This document shows, piece after piece, positions 20,151 to 28,238 of a stretch of DNA of 54,655 nt. Every line of letters starts with the position of its first letter. Position 1 is the first letter of the stretch. The notes under the pieces were generated by a model that ran no database searches, was not told the origin of the DNA, and saw only the letters and a program-made list of their open reading frames with translations. The position numbers and the translations under genes were made by a program. Origin of the DNA: a virus (lineage: Duplodnaviria > Caudoviricetes); IMG/VR virus record IMGVR_UViG_3300014208_000052, positions 1 through 54,655 of that record; one strand, given 5' to 3'.

Positions 20151-21027
20151 CCGACCTCTTTGCTTTGGCCAAGACCGCCGCCCTATTGGCTTCTCGGTTC
20201 TCCACAGGCTCTTTCTCGGTAAATATGTTGCTGGTCGGGTCCATCAATTCCGGTTGAATGCCAGCATCCACCACCTTGCGATACCAGTTGAAAGCACGGC
20301 GCACACGCCGCTCGTTGACGTTGGCAAACCGGCTCCGCTTTCGGTGTGTCTTTTTTGGCGGTGCCCACAACTTGCCGTTGCATGTTTTGCGGCGATTGGC
20401 GTGGAAGTCCTCCGCGATCTGGGCCAACGTCTCGCCGGCCATGCAGCGGTTGTAGATTTCCCGAACGTCGGCTAGCTCCTTTTGGTCCCACACGTCGGTA
20501 CGCAAGCACTTTGCGCCTCGCTTGGCACGCTCAACGACGACACGCTTCCGCCCCACTTTGTAGGCACCGTGAGCAAAGCCGTTTTCTTTGCGCCAATGGA
20601 TGCCCGCTTTGGTGGCTTCACGTAGGTAGCTGATAAACATATCGCATACCATAAGCTGCCCATAGACCATCATGCGCCCGTGGATGGTACGCATGTCGAT
20701 GACGCCCTCCATGTGGCTGCATATGACGATCCCGTTCTTCATCAGCCATTCCATCGTCTTAGTTAGCCGGAACGGGTTGCGGTCGATCCGATCTATCCGC
20801 CACACGAAAAGCCAATCGCCTTCGTGTAGCTCCTGCCTGAGTTTCATAAACTCTGGCCGATCTTCCGAAGCCACTCGTACAGCCGACTCGGTTTCTTTGG
20901 CAAGCCGGTGGATCGTGCGGCCGTGGCGGTCGGCTAGCTCACGCATCAGCCCCTCTTGCATGTCGAGGGACATCTGCATATCGCTTGACTGGCGGCAATA
21001 GGCGTAGCTGCGTGATTCTGTAGTCAT
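20023..21027 (-). CDS. Serine recombinase (resolvase domain plus C-terminal extension)
   Basis: YAYCRQS catalytic Ser motif, ETESA, DRPEF, GDWLFVWRIDRIDRN, REATKAG helix. Confidence 0.9.
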   Translation of the reverse strand: MTTESRSYAYCRQSSDMQMSLDMQEGLMRELADRHGRTIHRLAKETESAVRVASEDRPEFMKLRQELHEGDWLFVWRIDRIDRNPFRLTKTMEWLMKNGIVICSHMEGVIDMRTIHGRMMVYGQLMVCDMFISYLREATKAGIHWRKENGFAHGAYKVGRKRVVVERAKRGAKCLRTDVWDQKELADVREIYNRCMAGETLAQIAEDFHANRRKTCNGKLWAPPKKTHRKRSRFANVNERRVRRAFNWYRKVVDAGIQPELMDPTSNIFTEKEPVENREANRAAVLAKAKRSVKSLVRPTPGAFSVIAGIGSGDSELSFEPQCPLTPPDPCTGA

Positions 21028-21144
21028 CGTGCTAGCAGGGCATGGAGGATGTTGAGAAGGACAACAAAACCAATGAACTGAAAGATGACGATGGTGCCCA
21101 TACGCACCTGGGGGTCTTTGTGCATGATGATGCTCCCGTAATTG

Positions 21145-21342
21145 TTAGGATACTAAATCTGCCACCGTACATTGCAACGCCTTGGCTACCGACTCGATCC
21201 GGTACAGGTCTGGGTTTTTCGTTCCCCGCTCCCAACAGGAAACCGTCATCGGGTACACGCCCAGCTTGTCACCAAGCTGCTTCTGGGTGTAGCCAAGTGC
21301 TGTACGACGTTCGCGGATTCGCTTGCCGATCTGTAGTGCCAT
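21145..21342 (-). CDS. XRE-family HTH regulator (Cro/CI-like)
   Basis: AAGGAG SD; IGKRIRERRTALGYTQKQLGDKLGV..TVSCWERG..P. Confidence 0.9.
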   Translation of the reverse strand: MALQIGKRIRERRTALGYTQKQLGDKLGVYPMTVSCWERGTKNPDLYRIESVAKALQCTVADLVS

Positions 21343-21425
21343 TAGTGGCTCCTTGTGTGTAAAAACCCGGCACGCCCGCCCCCGCGAGGTGAAGCACGGG
21401 AGCGGGCTTCGCCATACCCCTATGG

Positions 21426-21593
21426 CTATCCGGGTTTGTTGGTTTTCTTGACTGGCAATTCCGCTCTGCGAATGTTCACCTCGGGCGGCGCGTCGATACT
21501 CATGCGAACCGGCGAAGGTCCGTAGATTGTAACCTTGATCGTTTCGCCAATGACAACACTCTGGCCGTTCTTTCGTCCTAGTATCAGGCTCAT
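21426..21593 (-). CDS. csrA: Carbon storage regulator CsrA/RsmA homologue
   Basis: Hand translation (55 aa, below ORF-track cutoff): MSLILGRKNGQSVVIGETIKVTIYGPSPVRMSIDAPPEVNIRRAELPVKKTNKPG, matching LxLxRxxGxxxxIG...VRxxIxAPxxVxIxRxE; AAGGAAGGTG SD. Confidence 0.85.
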   Translation of the reverse strand: MSLILGRKNGQSVVIGETIKVTIYGPSPVRMSIDAPPEVNIRRAELPVKKTNKPG

Positions 21594-21626
21594 AATTCAC
21601 CTTCCTTGGGGTTTAGGATCAATCCG

Positions 21627-21821
21627 TTACGATACTACGCTCTGGCTTAGTTCTTTCACCTTCTGCTTCCAGTCACGTTCGATCTGGCTGATGGCGCTGT
21701 TGCTACGAGCCGTGTCAATCGCCGTTAGGAGCCGACCGAAGTCCAGCAGGCTTATGTCGGATGACGCCGGGCTGTTGGCGATGCGGTCGCGTAGTTTCTG
21801 CTTGCGTTCGGGTAGGGTCAT
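21627..21821 (-). CDS. Hypothetical protein
   Basis: ATGA-coupled to upstream gene; 64 aa. Confidence 0.5.
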   Translation of the reverse strand: MTLPERKQKLRDRIANSPASSDISLLDFGRLLTAIDTARSNSAISQIERDWKQKVKELSQSVVS

Positions 21822-22015
21822 TGTGCAGCCCTCACGCTTTCGGCTTCGTAGGCAAGTCGGTCGAGAACTCGGCACATATTGCTAGTCTGTGTCAGCAGGC
21901 CCATGAAAAGTTCTTCCTCGGCAACGGTAGTAGCTTCCATATGACACGATTGCAGATAGTCACGCAACTCCTGCGCGGTCTTGTATGTGACATCGAGCAT
22001 GTTGGGTTCTTTCAT
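21818..22015 (-). CDS. Hypothetical protein
   Basis: GAGGTGAA SD. Confidence 0.6.
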   Translation of the reverse strand: MKEPNMLDVTYKTAQELRDYLQSCHMEATTVAEEELFMGLLTQTSNMCRVLDRLAYEAESVRAAQ

Positions 22016-22099
22016 ACTTCACCTCTAGGGTTAATGGTTTACTCAAAAGCCCCACCCGGTCGCGGCTCCGGGTGGTACGCTGGGGGCCGTAGCCATTAG

Positions 22100-22327
22100 C
22101 TACTGCGGGATCACGATGCCATTCTCTTTGGCATACTCCAGGAATCCACGCCGGATGGCTTCCGCTTCGGGTAGGTTGTGCATGTCCGAGTGCATGTAGT
22201 CGAAAACCCCCTTGGTTAGTTCGTCCCAGTCGTCGGGATCGAAACAGGAGCAATCGTAGTTGAACTCGTCAAACACTTGGGTTGACACACGCTGACGCAG
22301 GGCCAGTTCTTCGCTAATCTCGATCAT
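22100..22327 (-). CDS. Hypothetical acidic protein
   Basis: AAAGGAG SD, 75 aa. Confidence 0.6.
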   Translation of the reverse strand: MIEISEELALRQRVSTQVFDEFNYDCSCFDPDDWDELTKGVFDYMHSDMHNLPEAEAIRRGFLEYAKENGIVIPQ

Positions 22328-22362
22328 TTCACGCTCCTTTGGTTAGAATGGTACGCTGGGGG

Positions 22363-22539
22363 CTAGTTTACTTCCTCGCTGATTCGCTGATAGAATGGGC
22401 CTTGTTTGATGCGCAACTGGAAGGCACAGAACTCGGCGATGGCATTCCAGATGACATCTCGGTCATCTTCCGTAATGGCGTATCGCTCATAGAGCTGGTC
22501 GAGGTTGTTGAGCATGTCTTGCAGTTCGTCGTTGCTCAT
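22363..22539 (-). CDS. Hypothetical protein
   Basis: ATGA-coupled to the HNH-like gene. Confidence 0.5.
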   Translation of the reverse strand: MSNDELQDMLNNLDQLYERYAITEDDRDVIWNAIAEFCAFQLRIKQGPFYQRISEEVN

Positions 22540-22997
22540 TGCGCCCGCCCTTCTGCCTTGGCGTGTTCCTGTTCGTGACATGAACGGCACAACCACACCA
22601 CCGTAAGGGGTTTACTGTAATCGCTGTGATGCCCTTCCGCCTTGAGTGATCCACACAAAGCACACGGCAGCGGCAATAACTGACCCGATGCGACAGCACG
22701 GTTTACCGCCCAGCGTGCCATGTGCTTAATGTGTAGCAGCATGTCTTTAGAATATTTTCTCATCTGTTTTGCCTTGCGTTTTTTAACTTTTGGATCGCTG
22801 TAGTATCTTTGTTTCCACCGTTGACGTTTATTATACTCCCATGTTTTTGTACCACTTGCCGGTTTTCCTTCGGAGCGGCGACGCGCTCGCCATTCAGCAT
22901 TGTATTTTCGTCTGCACGCAAGACATATAAGGTCTTTTTTTCGCAATTGCGAGTCGGTAGGTTCATACTGACAGCGGCATTTACGACATTCGGTCAT
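22536..22997 (-). CDS. Zinc-binding HNH-like protein
   Basis: CxxC...CxxC N-terminus; PCxxCG..EGHHSDYSKPLxVxWLCxxCH C-terminus; locally AT-richer. Confidence 0.75.
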   Translation of the reverse strand: MTECRKCRCQYEPTDSQLRKKDLICLACRRKYNAEWRARRRSEGKPASGTKTWEYNKRQRWKQRYYSDPKVKKRKAKQMRKYSKDMLLHIKHMARWAVNRAVASGQLLPLPCALCGSLKAEGHHSDYSKPLTVVWLCRSCHEQEHAKAEGRAQ

Positions 22998-23005
22998 GGT
23001 GTATC

Positions 23006-23296
23006 CTAAATAGGTGGCGGGGACGCCTTGGCGATGGCTGAGCCGAGTAAATTGCATAGCTCTGCGTTAGACATCGGAGAAACTTGCCCAGAGCCTAGCA
23101 ATTGGGCGTGTCCTAGTGCAGCTTTGCACGCCTCAAGCAGTTCAGGCGCGGCGGCTATTAGCTGGGCATCCCCTTTCGTTCCGTGAACGGTAGCTATCTG
23201 CCCTAGACTCCTTCGGGCCACGTCGTACACATGGCAATAGCTCGGATTGTTTTTTTCTGGGACAATTTCCCACGGTCCGGGGGTGTGCTTGCTCAT
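23006..23296 (-). CDS. Conserved phage hypothetical protein
   Basis: MSKHTPGPW...DAQLIAAAPELLEACK...AIAKA, a common phage family. Confidence 0.75.
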   Translation of the reverse strand: MSKHTPGPWEIVPEKNNPSYCHVYDVARRSLGQIATVHGTKGDAQLIAAAPELLEACKAALGHAQLLGSGQVSPMSNAELCNLLGSAIAKASPPPI

Positions 23297-23523
23297 GGTA
23301 TCCTCTTGGGGTTAGCGTGGCTCTGGTAGTGAAAAAACATAGCGGCGATGCCATACGCCCAGCCAGCGCGATTGCCCCACGTAACGCTGGGGTGATGGTA
23401 GCCGCATGAACATACGAGCCTCATGCGTTGACCGCGCTCTTCGATGGTTGGAATGTGGCCGCGTTTCTGTCTGGGAATACCGTAGCATGTGTGGCTAAAT
23501 AGTTCTTTCGTTCGTCGGTTCAT
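23293..23523 (-). CDS. Hypothetical protein
   Basis: AAGGTGAA SD; CSCG motif. Confidence 0.5.
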   Translation of the reverse strand: MNRRTKELFSHTCYGIPRQKRGHIPTIEERGQRMRLVCSCGYHHPSVTWGNRAGWAYGIAAMFFHYQSHANPKRIP

Positions 23524-23545
23524 AGTTCACCTTGGGGTTAGGGTT

Positions 23546-23737
23546 TTAACAGGCTCCACATGCATCGTGTAGTTGTTCAATCAATTGATTTATTTGGGGG
23601 CAAACGCCAACTAAATGTTTATTGTGTGGGCCACCGTAATTCATCGTGGCCGTAGCAATTTTGTCATGCGCCCTGCCAAGTAGTTCGCGTGCTTCGCACA
23701 GTAGATCATATGCGGATGGTAGCTCGTTAATCATCAT
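23546..23737 (-). CDS. Hypothetical protein
   Basis: AAGGA SD before ATG 23737. Confidence 0.5.
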   Translation of the reverse strand: MMINELPSAYDLLCEARELLGRAHDKIATATMNYGGPHNKHLVGVCPQINQLIEQLHDACGAC

Positions 23738-23805
23738 AGTTAATTCCTTAAAAAGGTCGCCGCACAAGGTCCGCTGCACGTATGCAGCGGTAGTGGGTGA
23801 GGCGG

Positions 23806-24006
23806 TTAGAAATCCTTGCCATTGCGCCATCCATAATCGCTGACAGCCGCCCATCGCCTGACATTGACTCTCGCTTGTTCGCGTGTGGAGCAAATGTGGG
23901 ATGAGTATTTTTCTTTGCCGTGCGGATCGTATGCCTCAGCGTAATAGCCGCCATCGTCTGGCGAATGGATCGTATCAATCGTTAGAGTTTCACAAATTGT
24001 CACCAC
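23806..24006 (-). CDS. Hypothetical protein
   Basis: GGAGAGGTGA SD, GTG start; SPDDGGYYAE motif. Confidence 0.55.
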   Translation of the reverse strand: MVTICETLTIDTIHSPDDGGYYAEAYDPHGKEKYSSHICSTREQARVNVRRWAAVSDYGWRNGKDF

Positions 24007-24028
24007 GTTATCACCTCTCCGGGTTAGG

Positions 24029-24220
24029 TTAGACGATTTCGAGTTTCAGAACTGTAATTGCAGTTTCTCCGTTGGGACCACACAATCGCGCATCCCGTTC
24101 GTATTGTGCGCGCCGCTTCGCCTGGGCTGGGTCGCTGTATGCAACACAACTAATAAGCCGATCTGGACAATGGCGGTTGTCTATCACAACCCATACATTC
24201 ATGTGGATTTTGTTGTTCAT
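24029..24220 (-). CDS. Hypothetical protein
   Basis: Start after CTAACC leader; fills gap in array. Confidence 0.45.
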   Translation of the reverse strand: MNNKIHMNVWVVIDNRHCPDRLISCVAYSDPAQAKRRAQYERDARLCGPNGETAITVLKLEIV

Positions 24221-24234
24221 GGTTTTTGAGGTGG

Positions 24235-24441
24235 TTAGAAGCACTCGACACACCACGCAAGGGGGCTGCCGGGCTTGGTTACGAACACGGCGGTTGTCTT
24301 GCCGCAACGATGGCACTTGCGAGTGCCGCTTCCAGTGTGAACGTGAGCGGTAGCCGATACGAGGCACTCGGGAAAATCACGCGGGCCAGCAATCTGTTTG
24401 TGGTTCGCGTCCACAACCGGCAATAGATCATACTGTTTCAT
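24235..24441 (-). CDS. Small zinc-finger-like protein
   Basis: GAGGTGAA SD; CxxC...CxxC. Confidence 0.55.
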   Translation of the reverse strand: MKQYDLLPVVDANHKQIAGPRDFPECLVSATAHVHTGSGTRKCHRCGKTTAVFVTKPGSPLAWCVECF

Positions 24442-24512
24442 CGGTTCACCTCGGGTTGTACGGTTTCCAGCCTCCCCCGCTGCTGTCGCGGGGGGAAATG
24501 GGGCCGTAGCGC

Positions 24513-24935
24513 CTACTTGCCAAAATACTCGTATCGCTCCTGGTGCAAACCGCTGCGGCTCGACACCTTCCAGCCGCCATATCGGCTTGTGCCTAAGTAG
24601 TTGCCGCCGCCCATGCTGTAGTTCTCGCGGTTCTCGTAGCCTGGTGCCACATACGCGCGGCCATCGTTGGCCACCATGTTATAGGCCAGCGGCCCAAAAT
24701 GGCTTGTGACCATATCCAGCCTGTCGGCCAGATAATCAAGGGCGGCAGCCTCGATTTCCTCGGCTGTCGCCGGCTCCATCGGGTCGCCGTATTGTGCCGA
24801 GTATGCGCCGGCGTTGCCGCTGCTGGCCATGCTGGCCAATTGGCACAGTTGCGGGATCGGCCCGGCTTTCAGGTGCTTGTGGGCAATTGCCACAAAGCAG
24901 CCGAACTCCTGAGCGGATAGGGGTGCAACGCTCAT
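24513..24935 (-). CDS. Hypothetical protein
   Basis: GAGAGGTGAA SD; 140 aa. Confidence 0.6.
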   Translation of the reverse strand: MSVAPLSAQEFGCFVAIAHKHLKAGPIPQLCQLASMASSGNAGAYSAQYGDPMEPATAEEIEAAALDYLADRLDMVTSHFGPLAYNMVANDGRAYVAPGYENRENYSMGGGNYLGTSRYGGWKVSSRSGLHQERYEYFGK

Positions 24936-24978
24936 GTTTTCACCTCTCGTTAGAATTGGGGTTGTCACTAACACTATC

Positions 24979-25006
24979 ACTATACGGACTATCGCGGGGA
25001 AGTCAA
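24979..25006 (-). promoter_or_regulatory. Putative early promoter
   Basis: TTGACT-N16-TATAGT upstream of the 24935 gene. Confidence 0.55.
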
Positions 25007-25018
25007 GGGGGCTGACGA

Positions 25019-25255
25019 TCAGGGTACTAATCGGATGGCCTGAATACGTACCGGCAGGCCAAGCCGTTTAGAGGCGGGCCACTTCAAAAATACCCACTTC
25101 CATCGTGTCGCCGGTTCTCCTGCCTCCTCAATTGCAATCGCAATAGCCTCCCTGAGAGTAGCAACACAGAGGACGCGAAACGAGCAAACCGCCATAATCT
25201 CTTGCGCTGTCATGGGTTGCTCGCGGCCGTACAGCGATACTTGAAACACAGTCAT
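25019..25255 (-). CDS. Hypothetical protein
   Basis: GAGGTGAA SD. Confidence 0.55.
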   Translation of the reverse strand: MTVFQVSLYGREQPMTAQEIMAVCSFRVLCVATLREAIAIAIEEAGEPATRWKWVFLKWPASKRLGLPVRIQAIRLVP

Positions 25256-25329
25256 CGTTTCACCTCTTGAACAGTGGGGTTAGGGTTTCCGGCGGCCGCC
25301 GGCGGATTAGGCCGGCGGATAGCAGTACC

Positions 25330-25509
25330 CTACGCCATCCGTCGCGCGAACCTACGTGAACGGGCCACCGCATAATATCGTTGACGTGCTTCCCCACGCA
25401 GTCCATTACGCCGGGGGCGGTTCGAGCCATCGACACCCGCGATACGGTAACACTGGGGGCGAGCCGATTGCAGCCATTGAGCAATACCAGGGTCAGTTAC
25501 GGAAAACAT
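25330..25509 (-). CDS. Hypothetical protein
   Basis: TAGGTGAA SD before ATG 25509. Confidence 0.5.
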   Translation of the reverse strand: MFSVTDPGIAQWLQSARPQCYRIAGVDGSNRPRRNGLRGEARQRYYAVARSRRFARRMA

Positions 25510-26752
25510 GGTTTCACCTATCGGGGTTTGTTGTGGTCGCAAGAGCGGGGTTTGCTCCTGCTGATGCACTACTATATACGTTCGGATGTAGTGCGGTCAG
25601 CATTACAGTATATATATGGTCGAATCACGCCTAAAACAGCCTGCAAACATGCCGCAAGCTATTGTCCCGCAACCACTAGCAACTATTTCTGAGAAAATTG
25701 CAGGATTTTCGACGCCGGACGACTGGACAGTTTGGCAATGAGACAAACGACTATACTTACAGAATTAAAACAGCTATGGAAATACACACGCAGAGAAACC
25801 GTATCTGTTGTGTAGTTCAGTATTTATGACGCAGGAGCAGGCACTAATTGTACGTCTTTATAAGATGCATGGCTAGTCAATACCTTGCGACGCAATAGCC
25901 TACGCCTCTTGATGTTACGGGCTTTATCCTCTTGTAACTCCTCTAATAACCGCTGAATGCCGCGCTCGGCGGGGTGTGCCGGAAGCGTGTCGTCGTAGTG
26001 ATATTGGCTTGGCGATACCCGATTCCAGGGAGGAGATAGCCGATTGATCCAGTGCGACTCCACCGCTTGGCGACTGGCGACAATGGGCAGCAAGACGGCC
26101 TCCTAGGTCGGCAGCCGGTTGCGGGGCGTTGGCGATAGGTTTACAAGCAGCGCACTGGCAGGGCTCATACAGCCAAACATAGCTATTGTGTATCGTTTTA
26201 ATACACGTCATTGTTTATCATCATTGGCAGAAGTGTAGCATTATGATACAGTATCGGGTATTATTTTACTGTTAAAATGGGCAAGATACCGCCGGAGACC
26301 ATTGGGGGTAGCATAGTCAATGGCATACCTAAATCGTTATGCTGCACCGAGTTATGGCGACACTCGCCGCTGGCCAAAACAGCCGAAACCAGCCATGCCG
26401 ACGGATCGACACCCCGGTCGGCCCCCCTTTTGGGACTCCTGGCTGCCTCTATATATACTTCCCCCTCTCCCCAATACACTGAAAACGAGTCTACTTAGAC
26501 TACCACCGACAGATATGCCGTTAAACGCACCAGGATCGCGTGTGTAGCGTTGTGGCGGTTGGAGCTAGTTTGTACTGCTGAACTGTAGAAGGCTGCTGGC
26601 GAGGCTAGCTTGCTGTCGTGACAGCCAAGATAAGCGACTATTGCCGTTGCTGTCGTAGGCGGGATGCAATATCTGTTCCGTGGGTACGCACCGAGTCCCA
26701 GACGGCCGAGGTGAAAGGTCATCACGGACCCGGTAGAGAGGTACTTCCTCAG

Positions 26753-26956
26753 TTACCGACGGCGCTTATGTCGCTCGCTGGGCGATGAGGCAAAAACCTT
26801 GTGGATCAGATTTACCAGACCCTGGGTGTGTTCGCAAAAGTAACCGCTCGTTCCCTCGGACTTTGATTCTGCAAGTGCGATGTACGAGTAGGTGCCCTCT
26901 ACTTCCACACCCTGGATGGTGAGTTTTTTGATCTCTGGTGTTTTTGACTTTTTCAT
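26753..26956 (-). CDS. Hypothetical protein
   Basis: 67 aa with AGGA SD. Confidence 0.4.
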   Translation of the reverse strand: MKKSKTPEIKKLTIQGVEVEGTYSYIALAESKSEGTSGYFCEHTQGLVNLIHKVFASSPSERHKRRR

Positions 26957-27228
26957 CGCATGGTCCTAACCAGTACCCTCTTGGGCCGGCAAATGCTACG
27001 ATGTCGGTCCCATTGTGCAACCATCTGGAGATGTGTTGCGGCGTCTAGCGACCTGCATGTCCAGGTCTAGGGCCATGCGATTGCGATGCTGGCCGTAGGT
27101 AGGGCTGTCTCTCGGTATACCACCCTATCCGCTAACCGTCTTTTGTTCCATCCTTTGGCCTCAGCCAACGGCAGTGGTCCGGTCTACCGATGTGCCCATG
27201 GGTGGGCTATGTCACACACGCAACATCC

Positions 27229-27255
27229 ATTCTATCATCTGAAAAATCTTGTCAA
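27229..27255 (-). promoter_or_regulatory. Putative promoter
   Basis: TTGACA-N15-TAGAAT with TG extension; upstream context GGCCARCCCTTGACAAGA shared with the 14225 promoter. Confidence 0.5.
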
Positions 27256-27378
27256 GGGTTGGCCTCAACTTGACGACACCCACTTACGCTTGTGTAGTCA
27301 ATGTGACTACAGTTGGAATGGTGGCACCATCGTTCTCGTCAAGCCAATTTTCAGTTGGCCAAGATTCTACTGTTGTGG

Positions 27379-28017
27379 TCAACCCTGCTTTTGGATGGTT
27401 ATAATGGTGCTTTCGCTGGGTTTGCAGCAGGCAACGGTGCCGTAAAAGTCGATGTAGCCCTCTTGGTGCCCCAGAATATCCTCTTGCATGGATATCAGCA
27501 GAATGCTAGCGGCGGGCGAGACAATAAGTACATCTGAAGGCCATAGGGCATCAGCGATGCGTCGGACACGCAGAACCTTCGGTAATGCTGGAATCTTTCG
27601 TCCAAAGATGTCCCACTCACCACCGGCTCGCACCACGTCAAGCAGAGTGTCGCGTAGGTTCGCTTGGGTTGTCTCAATATGTGTTGGGCAACACGCCCTA
27701 AGGCCGCCGTATCCCGGCTGCGCAATGTCGTTGATGTTCAAGATGGCAAGCTGCCGTAGATGTATTGCGATGTCGGCGAGCTGCTTTGCCACTGGCCCGG
27801 GCTTGAATGTGTTTCGAGCGTGTATCACTTGCCACGGGAGTCGTAGTTTTGCTTGGCGGATTGGTGTCTCAAAGCATGTACCATGCACATCGAGTTCGCA
27901 GTTGACCAACAAATACTGCAATAGCGGGTAATTGGTAGCGATTTCCCGTAGCTGTTTGTTGGCTTTTTTCACAAGGACGCGTCCCGGCGGTGCTTTCGGC
28001 TTACGAGTGGGTGGCAT
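27379..28017 (-). CDS. Hypothetical protein
   Basis: 212 aa, AAAGGA SD, basic N-terminus. Confidence 0.6.
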   Translation of the reverse strand: MPPTRKPKAPPGRVLVKKANKQLREIATNYPLLQYLLVNCELDVHGTCFETPIRQAKLRLPWQVIHARNTFKPGPVAKQLADIAIHLRQLAILNINDIAQPGYGGLRACCPTHIETTQANLRDTLLDVVRAGGEWDIFGRKIPALPKVLRVRRIADALWPSDVLIVSPAASILLISMQEDILGHQEGYIDFYGTVACCKPSESTIITIQKQG

Positions 28018-28052
28018 GGGTTTGGTTCCTTTGTCTGGAGGTTTGACGTTAG

Positions 28053-28124
28053 GGTGGCTGGCGGGAATCGAACCCGCGTTCCCAGAATCACAGTCTGGTG
28101 CCTAAACCGCTCGGCCACAGCCAC
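28053..28124 (-). tRNA. trnH: tRNA-His (GUG)
   Basis: GTGGCTG/CAGCCAC acceptor, D-arm GCCGAGCGGTTTAGGC, CCAGA-CTGTGAT-TCTGG anticodon arm, GCGGG-TTCGATT-CCCGC T-arm, C73; CCA not encoded. Confidence 0.92.
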
Positions 28125-28126
28125 AG

Positions 28127-28213
28127 CGCCCTCGGTGGGGATCGAACCCACTCACCGGTATACGGTCCCCCGGCGACCTACCTTGCCTCGATGATCGGTC
28201 GAGACGCGAGGGC
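28127..28213 (-). ncRNA. Non-canonical tRNA-like RNA
   Basis: Perfect GCCCTCG/CGAGGGC acceptor + G discriminator and GTGGG-TTCGATC-CCCAC T-arm, but no standard D-loop or anticodon loop. Confidence 0.7.
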
Positions 28214-28238
28214 TACATGGATACGATCCTCTAATTTT

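Noticed and set aside
21343-21600. N-terminal extension making the XRE ORF 151 aa
   Set aside because: Overlaps csrA in another frame; good SD at the 21342 start
21594-25530. Leader repeats as CRISPR repeats or integron attC sites
   Set aside because: Degenerate, contain the SD, lack attC R-box dyads; no cas gene or tyrosine integrase present
28127-28213. tRNA-Sec or suppressor tRNA
   Set aside because: 7-bp acceptor and no UCA/CUA anticodon centred in a canonical loop
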